Shown here: positions 11,167 to 20,123 of the stretch, one piece after another | Numbering within the stretch: the stretch's first letter is position 1 | Layout: the number at the start of each line of letters is the position of its first letter | NCBI GenBank assembly: GCA_033723415.1 | Contig: JAWVXD010000005.1 | Coordinates: forward strand, 32,001 to 96,000 | DNA: 64,000 bases | Origin: Sulfurospirillaceae bacterium | GTDB lineage: Bacteria; Campylobacterota; Campylobacteria; Campylobacterales; Sulfurospirillaceae | Direction: 5' to 3' | Translations under genes and position numbers: made by a program | The notes under the pieces: generated by a model | What the model saw: only the letters and a program-made list of their open reading frames with translations | Databases searched by the model: none | What the model was told of the DNA's origin: nothing

Positions 11167-12411
11167 ATGTTAGATATAAAAATGATACAAAATGATTTTG
11201 ACTTGGTTTGTGCAAAGCTAAGAAAAAAAAGAGTAGATGAAAAACTGATAGAGGATTTAAGGATCAAATCACTTGATCTAAAAACTAAAAAAGCAGAACT
11301 GGAGCCGCTTCAAGCAGAGCAAAATGCAAATAGCAAACTTCTTGGCACTTATGCAAGAGAAGGAAAAGATATATCTGATCTAAAAGAAAAGCTCACGCTA
11401 AATAAAGAAAAAATTGCTGTTTTAAATAAAAGCACAAAAGATCTTGAAGATGAACTAATGTCTCTTTCTAAGATTATACCAAATCTACCTGATGATGATG
11501 TTCCTATAGGTGCTGATGAAAATGAAAATATAGAGTTGAAAAAAGTACTAACCCCTCCTGTTTTTACTTTCACTCCAAAAGAACATTGGGATCTTGATTT
11601 TGAGCAAAATTGGATTGATTTTGAGAGAGGAGTGAAAGTTTCTAAAAGTAGGTTTTCAGTTCTAAAAAATCAAGGCGCTAAATTAGAACGTGCTTTGATC
11701 AATTATATGTTAGACTTTAACTCAAAGAGAGGCTTTAGTGAAGTCGCTGTTCCTTATATAGTCAATCGAGAAACTCTAGAGGGCACAGGACAGCTCCCTA
11801 AATTTGAGGATGATCTTTTTAAAATTGACGGTGAAGAGTTGTTTCTTATACCTACAGCAGAAGTACCTGTCACAAATCTTTACAGAGATGAGATACTATC
11901 AAGTGATGAATTACCTATAAAGATGACATCATACACGGCATGTTTTAGAAAAGAAGCCGGAAGTGCAGGAAGAGATACAAGAGGCATGATCCGTCAGCAT
12001 CAATTTGACAAAGTGGAACTGGTTTGTATCGCTAAGCCCGAAGAAAGTGATAAAATATTTGAAGAGATGGTAAGTTGTGCGAGTGATCTTCTTTCTTCTT
12101 TAGGACTTGCCCACAGACATCTAATGCTTTGTGGCGGTGATCTTGGTTTTAGTGCGGCAAAAACTGTAGACTTAGAAGTTTGGTTCCCTGGGCAAAACAG
12201 ATACCGAGAGATTAGTTCAATTTCAAATACAAGAGATTTTCAGGCAAGACGTGCGAAAATAAGATATAAAAACGACAAAAAAAATGTGCTTGTCCATACG
12301 CTAAACGGTTCTTCTTTAGCAGTAGGTAGAACAATGATAGCAATAATGGAAAATTTTCAGAACGAAGACGGAAGTATAACTATACCTGAAGTTTTGAAAA
12401 AATATATGTAG
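11167..12411 (+). CDS. serS: Seryl-tRNA synthetase
   Basis: N-terminal coiled coil, LIPTAEV, FRKEAG, RQHQF, HTLNGS. Confidence 0.97.
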   Translation: MLDIKMIQNDFDLVCAKLRKKRVDEKLIEDLRIKSLDLKTKKAELEPLQAEQNANSKLLGTYAREGKDISDLKEKLTLNKEKIAVLNKSTKDLEDELMSLSKIIPNLPDDDVPIGADENENIELKKVLTPPVFTFTPKEHWDLDFEQNWIDFERGVKVSKSRFSVLKNQGAKLERALINYMLDFNSKRGFSEVAVPYIVNRETLEGTGQLPKFEDDLFKIDGEELFLIPTAEVPVTNLYRDEILSSDELPIKMTSYTACFRKEAGSAGRDTRGMIRQHQFDKVELVCIAKPEESDKIFEEMVSCASDLLSSLGLAHRHLMLCGGDLGFSAAKTVDLEVWFPGQNRYREISSISNTRDFQARRAKIRYKNDKKNVLVHTLNGSSLAVGRTMIAIMENFQNEDGSITIPEVLKKYM

Positions 12412-12436
12412 CTACATATATGTAAAAGGTTTAAAA

Positions 12437-14746
12437 ATGGCAGAAGAAGAGATAGTAATCCTTGAAGCTGACGATGAGATAGCTGAAGAACAGGATCAAA
12501 ACAATGAAGCAGACTTGTATGAAGAGTTAGAAAAGAAAAATAGAAAAATTCTCATTGCAATAATCATTGTTATCTCTCTTATTATAATAGCCTTATTGAT
12601 AGCCATCTTTATATTTAAAAGTAGAAAACCTGTAGGCACACAAAATATTGAGATACCTAAAGTATCTCACAAGACAATAAAACAAGAAAATCTAAATCAA
12701 TTTTCACCATCAAAAATAGAGAGTATGATACAAAAAGCAAATATTCTATATGAAAAAGGTGATAAGCAAAAAGCACTTAAAATTTATCAACAGATATCTA
12801 CTTTCAATGAGGCTCTGTCTTTTTACAACATCGGTGTCGTCAAGATGAAAGAAAAGAATTATGAAGATGCTATCAAAGCTTTTAAAAAAGCAATCCTCAA
12901 TGGCGAACAAAAATGTATTAGCTCTATTAATGCTGCTGTCAGTGCTTTATATCTTGGTAAAACAAAATTATTTACTTACTATCTTGATCTGGCAAATGTT
13001 TATCTACATGATGATGTAAACTCTCCTATTTACTCTTATGAGATGAGTCTGGTTAATTATTATCGAAATTTTTACTATGAGACTCTTTCTTCACTTAAAC
13101 ATCCAAATAGCAAATTTTATAAAAATGAACAAAGATATATAGCATCTAAGATTTTAGCTTATATGGGACAGAATAAAGAAGCCATTGACAGTTTGCTAAA
13201 TACTGCTTTACCTGACAATAACCTACCTTTAGGCTTATTATATGCAAGAATAGGAGATTATAAAATCGCACAAAGATACTTGCAAAAAGCTCAAACAACT
13301 ACTAATGATCCAATCAGAGTAAAAATGGCATTGGCATTGGTAGACAATAAGCTTGGAAATTTGAAAACAAGCGCAGAACTTTTAAACGACTCATTGAAAT
13401 TGAATGAAAAAAGAACTTTATCTATTTATCCTATAAAAGCTACTTTAAAAGATTCTCTTTTTGATGTAAATCTGGCCCAAAAGGGTTTTGAAAAAGAGCT
13501 CTTTTTAAATAAAGAAAACAGCTATGGACTTTTATTTTATTACGCTCCTTATAAGATCTTTAATGCTTCCCAAAGTGTGGAATACACAAGAAAAGGCAGT
13601 ATGAATATATTTTTAGATAAATTGGCACCTGCACTTAACTACCTACAGGCAAGTTCAAGTATCTCTCGCGTAAATTTATCTATGACCAAAGGAATAAAAG
13701 AAGCTTTGGCAAACCATATATTTAAGGCGAATAGAACATTTAAAGGTTTACTAAAAGATTATCCTGCACACGCGATTTTACACTATAATCTAGCGTTAAC
13801 ATATGCGCAAATCGGAAACTATGCACAAGCATACAAACATTTTTCTATCAGTTATCATCTTGATAACACAAACTATCTAGCCGGTGTTTTTGCTATATTT
13901 TGCTCAGATATCCTAAACAAAGATTCATCTAGACTTGGTGATGATGTTAAAACAAGTATCGGATTGGACAAAAAACTACCAAATATAAATCTTTACTTAT
14001 CTCTAATTAGTTTAAGTGACAATAATCAGTATGCTATGTCAAGATGGCTTGAGACTAAGAAAAAGACCAGCCCTTTGAGTCTTGTTTTTGATATTATTAT
14101 CTCTGAAAAAATTCAAAATAAAGATCTTTTCAGAAAAAGAGCTCAAGAATTAAAAGCACTTCTACCAAAAGATCTCATAAGTAATATTATATTTTTTCAT
14201 ATGCAAAATGCAGGCAAAAATATAAAAGAATATGCAAAATCTTTCCAAATGGAATTTAAAAACAATTCCTTAAATTTAGACAGCTTTTATTACGGTCCTA
14301 GTATTGCAAGAGAGCAATTTACAAAATTACTACAAATTTCCGGACTTTTATATTATGAGAGAGATAAATTAAAAGCAAAAATACCACTTGAACAATACGA
14401 TAGACGAGCATTGATCTATACCTTAGCATACCTTGATATCTATACAAACAATTTTGAAGAATCATATGTCTTATACAATAAACTTATTGATGATTATAAG
14501 CAAAAAGACTCCAAAACAATCTTTTTATCAGCTGTCGCCTCCATAGGGGCAGGACATGTTGCCAATGCTATTGCTCTCTTAGAGTTATCAAAGCTTATAG
14601 ATCCGGAAAACGTTGAAAGCAGATATGCTCTTGGTCTCTTGTATCAAGAAGTTAAAAACTTTAACGGGGCTACTATACAATATACAAAAATCGGAGATAT
14701 AGACTTTTCTTCCAAATATTTTAGCTTTAAAATAATCTCTAATTAA
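12437..14746 (+). CDS. pflB: Membrane-anchored TPR protein, probable flagellar motor accessory PflB
   Basis: Acidic N-terminus, one TM helix, multiple TPRs; follows trpS-serS as in C. jejuni. Confidence 0.72.
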   Translation: MAEEEIVILEADDEIAEEQDQNNEADLYEELEKKNRKILIAIIIVISLIIIALLIAIFIFKSRKPVGTQNIEIPKVSHKTIKQENLNQFSPSKIESMIQKANILYEKGDKQKALKIYQQISTFNEALSFYNIGVVKMKEKNYEDAIKAFKKAILNGEQKCISSINAAVSALYLGKTKLFTYYLDLANVYLHDDVNSPIYSYEMSLVNYYRNFYYETLSSLKHPNSKFYKNEQRYIASKILAYMGQNKEAIDSLLNTALPDNNLPLGLLYARIGDYKIAQRYLQKAQTTTNDPIRVKMALALVDNKLGNLKTSAELLNDSLKLNEKRTLSIYPIKATLKDSLFDVNLAQKGFEKELFLNKENSYGLLFYYAPYKIFNASQSVEYTRKGSMNIFLDKLAPALNYLQASSSISRVNLSMTKGIKEALANHIFKANRTFKGLLKDYPAHAILHYNLALTYAQIGNYAQAYKHFSISYHLDNTNYLAGVFAIFCSDILNKDSSRLGDDVKTSIGLDKKLPNINLYLSLISLSDNNQYAMSRWLETKKKTSPLSLVFDIIISEKIQNKDLFRKRAQELKALLPKDLISNIIFFHMQNAGKNIKEYAKSFQMEFKNNSLNLDSFYYGPSIAREQFTKLLQISGLLYYERDKLKAKIPLEQYDRRALIYTLAYLDIYTNNFEESYVLYNKLIDDYKQKDSKTIFLSAVASIGAGHVANAIALLELSKLIDPENVESRYALGLLYQEVKNFNGATIQYTKIGDIDFSSKYFSFKIISN

Positions 14747-14923
14747 TTGCAAAAACATAAAATTACCTACTACTAAATCCATGCAAGACAAAAATTTATG
14801 ATATAATAGATTTTATTTATGTACATATATATTAGACGCTACATTGTGGTGAATAAACGTACATAATCAAGTCAAACAGGGGTTATAATTATATCAATAA
14901 ATTATATTTGAGGGAATTTTTAT

Positions 14924-17539
14924 ATGCGGTTATTGAATTATAGATATGAAAACTTGATAATGCTCAACGAATATATAGAGACGAACAAATTGCAGAATCA
15001 GAAATCCATATTTATTCAAATATATGGATCAAATCAAAAATCCCAAAATTTACATGAAATACGAGATCATATACGGCAAATTTTACCTCAGGCTGAATTG
15101 ATCGGGACAACTACGGCAGGAATTATCACAGATGGCAGATTAATTGATGATGTTATTATGCTCTCATTCTCTGTTTTTGAGTATGAAACCACAATCAAAA
15201 CGCTAGCTTTAAGCAATAACGATACTAATGAATATATAACCAAGTTATCTTCTTACATAAACTCTTCTACAAAACTTCTAATCTTGTTTACAAATACCTT
15301 TACATTTGAACCAAGCGCTGTTTTGCGAGAATTAGAAATACATTTTCCAAACATCGTAGTTGCAGGTGGTAAAGCTGCAGATGATTTTCATTTTGAAAAA
15401 TGTGAAGTCTTTAGTAAAACTGATGATAATTGTGATGCTCTAGTAGCAGTTATTTCATCTGAACATTTGAATGTTACAGCAAATTGCTTTATGAATTGGG
15501 ATAGTATAGGTAAAGTAATGACAGTCACAAAATCAAAAGGCTCTGAAGTTTATGAGATAGATAATCAAAAAGCGATTGATATCTACCGCAACTATCTAGG
15601 AGATGAGATAGCCAATCGGATATTAGAGATAGGCAGTGAATTTCCACTTATTTACAAATCTGATGATGTCGATGTAGCGCGTGCTTTGATCGCCGCAAAT
15701 AAAGAAACCGGTTCAATTACCTTCGCAGGTGAAATCCCACAAGGAACAAAAGTGCGTTTTGGTTTTGCAAATATTGAACATTTAAAATATCATAACCAAA
15801 AAATATTGATGGAAAATTTTGCTCACACCAAGGAAGCGATATATGTTTATAGTTGTGCTATGAGAAGAAATATGCTTGGTTCATTTTTCGAAAATGAACT
15901 AGCACATATAAATGCAGTAGCTCCTACATCCGGTTTTATAACTTATGGAGAGTTTTTTCATAAACAAAAAAGTTGCTCAAATATTCTTTTAAATATCACA
16001 ACCACATTTGTTGTTTTAAGTGAAAATGAATCATCCAAAATCGTTGATTTTTCACCATCAAAAACAAAACTAAGTAAAAGAGATTTAATATTGGAAGGCT
16101 TGACCACTCTTGTTAGTAAAAGTGGCAAAGAACTTGATGAAACACTCTATTACTTAGAGCAATTTGAACATATCGTCAACGAAGCATCAATAATCTCTAA
16201 AACAAATAGCAACGGCATTATCACATATGTCAATAAAAATCTGGAAGATATCTCCGGGTACACAAATCAAGAGTTGATTGGACAACATCACAATATTGTA
16301 AGGCATCCTGATATGCCACAAGATATTTTCAAAGATATGTGGAGCACTATAAAAAAAGGTGAAATTTGGAATGGTCTGATTAAGAATAGACGTAAAGACG
16401 GTGTCCCATACTATCTTATTAGTGAAGTATCTGCTATCTACAACAAAGATGGAACTTTAAAAGAGTATATTTCGGTTAGAACAGACGTAACTGAGCTGGA
16501 AGAATATAAAAGTGTACTTACTAAAGAGCTTTCAAATACAAACCAAAATTTTAAAGAGAATATTCACTATATCCAACAATATGAAACAGCCGTAAATTCA
16601 ATGGTAGCAATCATAAAAATCAATACTCAAAATAAGATCATCTATGCAAATGAACAATTTTATCGTTTAAGCGGCTACACCGAAGAAGAGTTAATAGGAG
16701 TAGATTGTTCTACTCTGAGAGTTCATGACCATCACGGTAAGGAAGCTTGTATAGATATAATCAAGCGGCTAAAAAAAGGAGAAATAGTTCGCCAAAGACT
16801 ACATACTCTAGCAAAAAACGATGAAGTATTTGTTACGGAGACTCTCTTCTGTCCTATTACTGATGTTAATGGGAAGATATCCGGATATATTCAAGTCATG
16901 CACGATATCACACCTATAGTAAAACTCAATAATGAGATCATAGAAACTCAAAAAGATATAGTGCAAACCATGGGTATGATTGGCGAAACTCGCTCAAAAG
17001 AAACCGGATTGCATGTTGTACGTGTGGCAGAATACTCTCGTATGTTAGCAAAACTTTACGGTCTTGATGAACAAGAATCTGAGCTTTTATGGCAAGCTTC
17101 TCCTATGCATGATATTGGTAAGGTCGGGATTGAAGATGCTATCTTAAATAAACCTGGTAAACTATCAACACAAGAATATGAGATCATGAAGACTCACTCT
17201 CAGATAGGGTATGACATGCTTAAAAAATATGATCGTGATATTTTAAAAGCAGCCGCTATAGTTGCGTATACTCATCATGAGAAATGGGATGGAACAGGAT
17301 ATCCAAATGGACTAAAAGGAGAGGATATTCATATTTTTGGTAGAATTACTGCTGTTGCCGATGTATTTGATGCACTAGGACATGATAGAGTTTATAAAAA
17401 AGCATGGGCTGATGAACAAATTTTTGATTTTTTTAAAGAAGAGAGAGGAAAACATTTTGATCCTAAACTGGTTGATTTATTTTTTCAACACATAGATATG
17501 TTTAAAGAAATCAGAAATACACTTAAGGACAACTTCTAA
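14924..17539 (+). CDS. FIST(NosP)-PAS-PAS-HD-GYP cyclic-dinucleotide phosphodiesterase
   Basis: GTTTAG, AGGKAAD, YSCAMRR, GFITYGEF (FIST); two PAS (HNIVRHPD); MHDIGK, HHEKWDGTGYP, VADVFDAL. Confidence 0.9.
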   Translation: MRLLNYRYENLIMLNEYIETNKLQNQKSIFIQIYGSNQKSQNLHEIRDHIRQILPQAELIGTTTAGIITDGRLIDDVIMLSFSVFEYETTIKTLALSNNDTNEYITKLSSYINSSTKLLILFTNTFTFEPSAVLRELEIHFPNIVVAGGKAADDFHFEKCEVFSKTDDNCDALVAVISSEHLNVTANCFMNWDSIGKVMTVTKSKGSEVYEIDNQKAIDIYRNYLGDEIANRILEIGSEFPLIYKSDDVDVARALIAANKETGSITFAGEIPQGTKVRFGFANIEHLKYHNQKILMENFAHTKEAIYVYSCAMRRNMLGSFFENELAHINAVAPTSGFITYGEFFHKQKSCSNILLNITTTFVVLSENESSKIVDFSPSKTKLSKRDLILEGLTTLVSKSGKELDETLYYLEQFEHIVNEASIISKTNSNGIITYVNKNLEDISGYTNQELIGQHHNIVRHPDMPQDIFKDMWSTIKKGEIWNGLIKNRRKDGVPYYLISEVSAIYNKDGTLKEYISVRTDVTELEEYKSVLTKELSNTNQNFKENIHYIQQYETAVNSMVAIIKINTQNKIIYANEQFYRLSGYTEEELIGVDCSTLRVHDHHGKEACIDIIKRLKKGEIVRQRLHTLAKNDEVFVTETLFCPITDVNGKISGYIQVMHDITPIVKLNNEIIETQKDIVQTMGMIGETRSKETGLHVVRVAEYSRMLAKLYGLDEQESELLWQASPMHDIGKVGIEDAILNKPGKLSTQEYEIMKTHSQIGYDMLKKYDRDILKAAAIVAYTHHEKWDGTGYPNGLKGEDIHIFGRITAVADVFDALGHDRVYKKAWADEQIFDFFKEERGKHFDPKLVDLFFQHIDMFKEIRNTLKDNF

Positions 17540-17549
17540 GGAGGGGAAA

Positions 17550-17930
17550 ATGGAAGAGATACTCAAAGATACAGATTTTTTAGTTTCACAAACCGATTCA
17601 AAAGGAAGGATTCTTTTTGCAAATGAGGATTTCTGCAAAATTGCAGGATACACACTTGAAGAGATGGTGGGCAAACCTCACAATATTGTTCGTCATCCAG
17701 ATATGCCTAAAGCTGCCTTTAAAGATCTCTGGACAACTGTTCAAAGCGGAAAAGTATGGAAAGGGTATGTTAAAAATGCAACTAAAAACGGTGGTTTTTA
17801 TTGGGTATTTGCAACCGTATATCCAAATATAGCATGTGAAGAAAGTGATCACGGCTATATGTCATGTCGTAGAAAAGCATCACCTGAAGAGATTAAAATA
17901 GCCGAGGAATATTATAAAACCATACGTTGA
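17550..17930 (+). CDS. Stand-alone Aer-type PAS protein (CetB-like)
   Basis: LVSQTDSKG, GKPHNIVRHPDMP, FKDLW, WKGYVKN, YWV. Confidence 0.88.
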   Translation: MEEILKDTDFLVSQTDSKGRILFANEDFCKIAGYTLEEMVGKPHNIVRHPDMPKAAFKDLWTTVQSGKVWKGYVKNATKNGGFYWVFATVYPNIACEESDHGYMSCRRKASPEEIKIAEEYYKTIR

Positions 17931-17944
17931 AAGGATAGTTCATT

Positions 17945-19054
17945 ATGAAAGATATTACAAAGATTATCATCTTGCTGGCGATAGGGATAGTAGGTTTGAT
18001 TTCTGTAACACAGATAAATTCAATATGGATCAGTATTTTTATCATAATTGTCCTCACAGCAGTGGCAATATGGACAAATATCTCTTCTTCAGTAGATTTG
18101 ACTTTTTCTAAGCAATTGGACGATTTTAAAGAATTATTGCAATTTAAACGCAATCAATTAACTCCAATGCCTGCAGAAAAAAACAGCATAGAAGACAAAT
18201 TAAATCAAATCAGTAAAACCTATGAGGAGATACTAGAACAAGATACTAAAGTGGCTGGAGAGATGGTATTGCTCTCAGACAAGGTACGTAGAGGTCATTA
18301 TATGTGTAGAGTTGCCAGTGATAGCAAAACTCCTCATGTACACCTTTTACGCAAAACTATGAATACGATGCTTGATGCAACAGAAAAAAACCTAGATCAA
18401 GCGATTGAGGTTTTAGAATCCTTAAGTAAAGGTAATTTTTCATCAAGAATCAATATTACGGTAGAAGGTAAAATGAGCCAAATGCTAGAAAGGATCAACG
18501 ATCTGGCATCTGCATTGGAATCAATGGAACAGACGAATAAAGAAGCAAACGACATACTCAACAATAATACGTTACAATTAAAAACTACAATCGAAAGTTT
18601 GCGTCAAAATCAGTTTGTAGAACTCAATGGAATGATCAATGCAACTGTTGAAAGAATCCAATCTGTTGCAAACAAAGAGCATGAACTAGCAGATAATTTA
18701 CACTCTCTAGCAGGTAATGCGCAAGAAACTAAACAAATACTGGTCACAATAGGAGATATAGCAGATCAAACAAATTTACTAGCTTTAAATGCTGCTATAG
18801 AAGCTGCTCGCGCAGGAGAACATGGTCGTGGCTTTGCAGTCGTTGCCGATGAAGTACGAAAACTTGCCGAGAGAACGCAAAAAAGTCTAGCAGAAACTGC
18901 AGCTACTATTAACATCTTGATCCAAGCTATAAACGATAACAGTGAATCTCTAAATAAAAACATGAATGAGATGATGAATCTCACAAAATATGTCGGAACA
19001 GTAGATGACAAGATGGAAGAAGTGCTTAATTCAATGGATAAGTTAAACGAATAA
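17945..19054 (+). CDS. Methyl-accepting chemotaxis protein (CetA-like)
   Basis: Two adjacent N-terminal TM helices without periplasmic loop; [37 protein letters not shown]. Confidence 0.9.
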   Translation: MKDITKIIILLAIGIVGLISVTQINSIWISIFIIIVLTAVAIWTNISSSVDLTFSKQLDDFKELLQFKRNQLTPMPAEKNSIEDKLNQISKTYEEILEQDTKVAGEMVLLSDKVRRGHYMCRVASDSKTPHVHLLRKTMNTMLDATEKNLDQAIEVLESLSKGNFSSRINITVEGKMSQMLERINDLASALESMEQTNKEANDILNNNTLQLKTTIESLRQNQFVELNGMINATVERIQSVANKEHELADNLHSLAGNAQETKQILVTIGDIADQTNLLALNAAIEAARAGEHGRGFAVVADEVRKLAERTQKSLAETAATINILIQAINDNSESLNKNMNEMMNLTKYVGTVDDKMEEVLNSMDKLNE

Positions 19055-19065
19055 AGATTATTTTA

Positions 19066-19105
19066 AATAAAGAGATACTAGAATATATGCTTGTATCTCT
19101 TTATT
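19066..19105 (+). terminator. Probable terminator hairpin after the MCP gene
   Basis: AATAAAGAGATAC ... GTATCTCTTTATT, 13-bp inverted repeat. Confidence 0.55.
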
Positions 19106-19205
19106 GATCGATAAAATATCAAAGTAGCCCTGCTTAAGCAACAAAGCATAAGCAAAAAATATTTATCGAAGAACAACACAATTTTATTTGATCTAAGGCA
19201 AAGTT

Positions 19206-20123
19206 ATGAATTATTTTATTTTTTTTGGCATTTCTTTGCTTTTCTACACTTTAACTTTTGCAGAGCCAATAACTCCAATACCATTAACGAATAGTGGCAT
19301 TAATACTCAAAAAGCAAAGCTTGGTAAAAAACTTTTTTTTGATAAGATCTTGTCAAAAGATGATAGTACTTCTTGTGCCGATTGCCATAAACCAAGTCAT
19401 AGCGGTGCTGATAATCTTAGAGCATCTTTTGGCGTATATCACAATAAAACAAATCTAAATACCTCTACAGTTTATAATTCAAGATATAATTTTGTTCAAT
19501 TTTTTGACGGTAGAGCAAAAAATCTAGAAGAAGCCTCAAAGTATTGCATAGAAAGCAATACTACAATGGACAGCGTTTCCAGTGATCTAATAAAAAAACT
19601 AAATAACTCATCTTATAAAAAGGATTTTAGTAGAATTTATAATGATAAGATCAAACAAAAATATATTGATAATGCTATAGCGGAGTATATGAAATCTTTA
19701 GTTACACCAAATTCTGCATTTGACAGATATCTCAGAGGAGATAAATCAGCGCTTAGTAAATCGCAAAAAAGAGGATATTCCCTATTTAAATTAGAAGGTT
19801 GCATAATTTGCCACAACGGTATAAATGTAGGAAGTAATCTATTTGCCAAATTTGGAGAAGCTAGAGAAGCACCAAACAGTTATCTTGGCAAATATAATGT
19901 TTCTAAAGCATCATTTGATAAATATTTTTTAAAAGTCCCTACTCTTAGAAATATATCAAAAACTGCACCGTACTTGCATGACGGAAGATTTGATAACTTA
20001 AGTGATGTTGTAAAATTTATGCTCAAATATCAACTAGACAAATCTGTTAGTCAAAAAGACGTAAATGATATAGTAGCCTTTTTAAAATCTCTTGATGGGG
20101 AAACGCCTAAAAATGCAAAATAA
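19206..20123 (+). CDS. Di-haem cytochrome c peroxidase-family protein with degenerate active site
   Basis: Signal peptide; LGKKLFFD, CADCH, QFFDGRA, CIICH, KVPTLRNI, APYLHDG. Confidence 0.88.
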   Translation: MNYFIFFGISLLFYTLTFAEPITPIPLTNSGINTQKAKLGKKLFFDKILSKDDSTSCADCHKPSHSGADNLRASFGVYHNKTNLNTSTVYNSRYNFVQFFDGRAKNLEEASKYCIESNTTMDSVSSDLIKKLNNSSYKKDFSRIYNDKIKQKYIDNAIAEYMKSLVTPNSAFDRYLRGDKSALSKSQKRGYSLFKLEGCIICHNGINVGSNLFAKFGEAREAPNSYLGKYNVSKASFDKYFLKVPTLRNISKTAPYLHDGRFDNLSDVVKFMLKYQLDKSVSQKDVNDIVAFLKSLDGETPKNAK

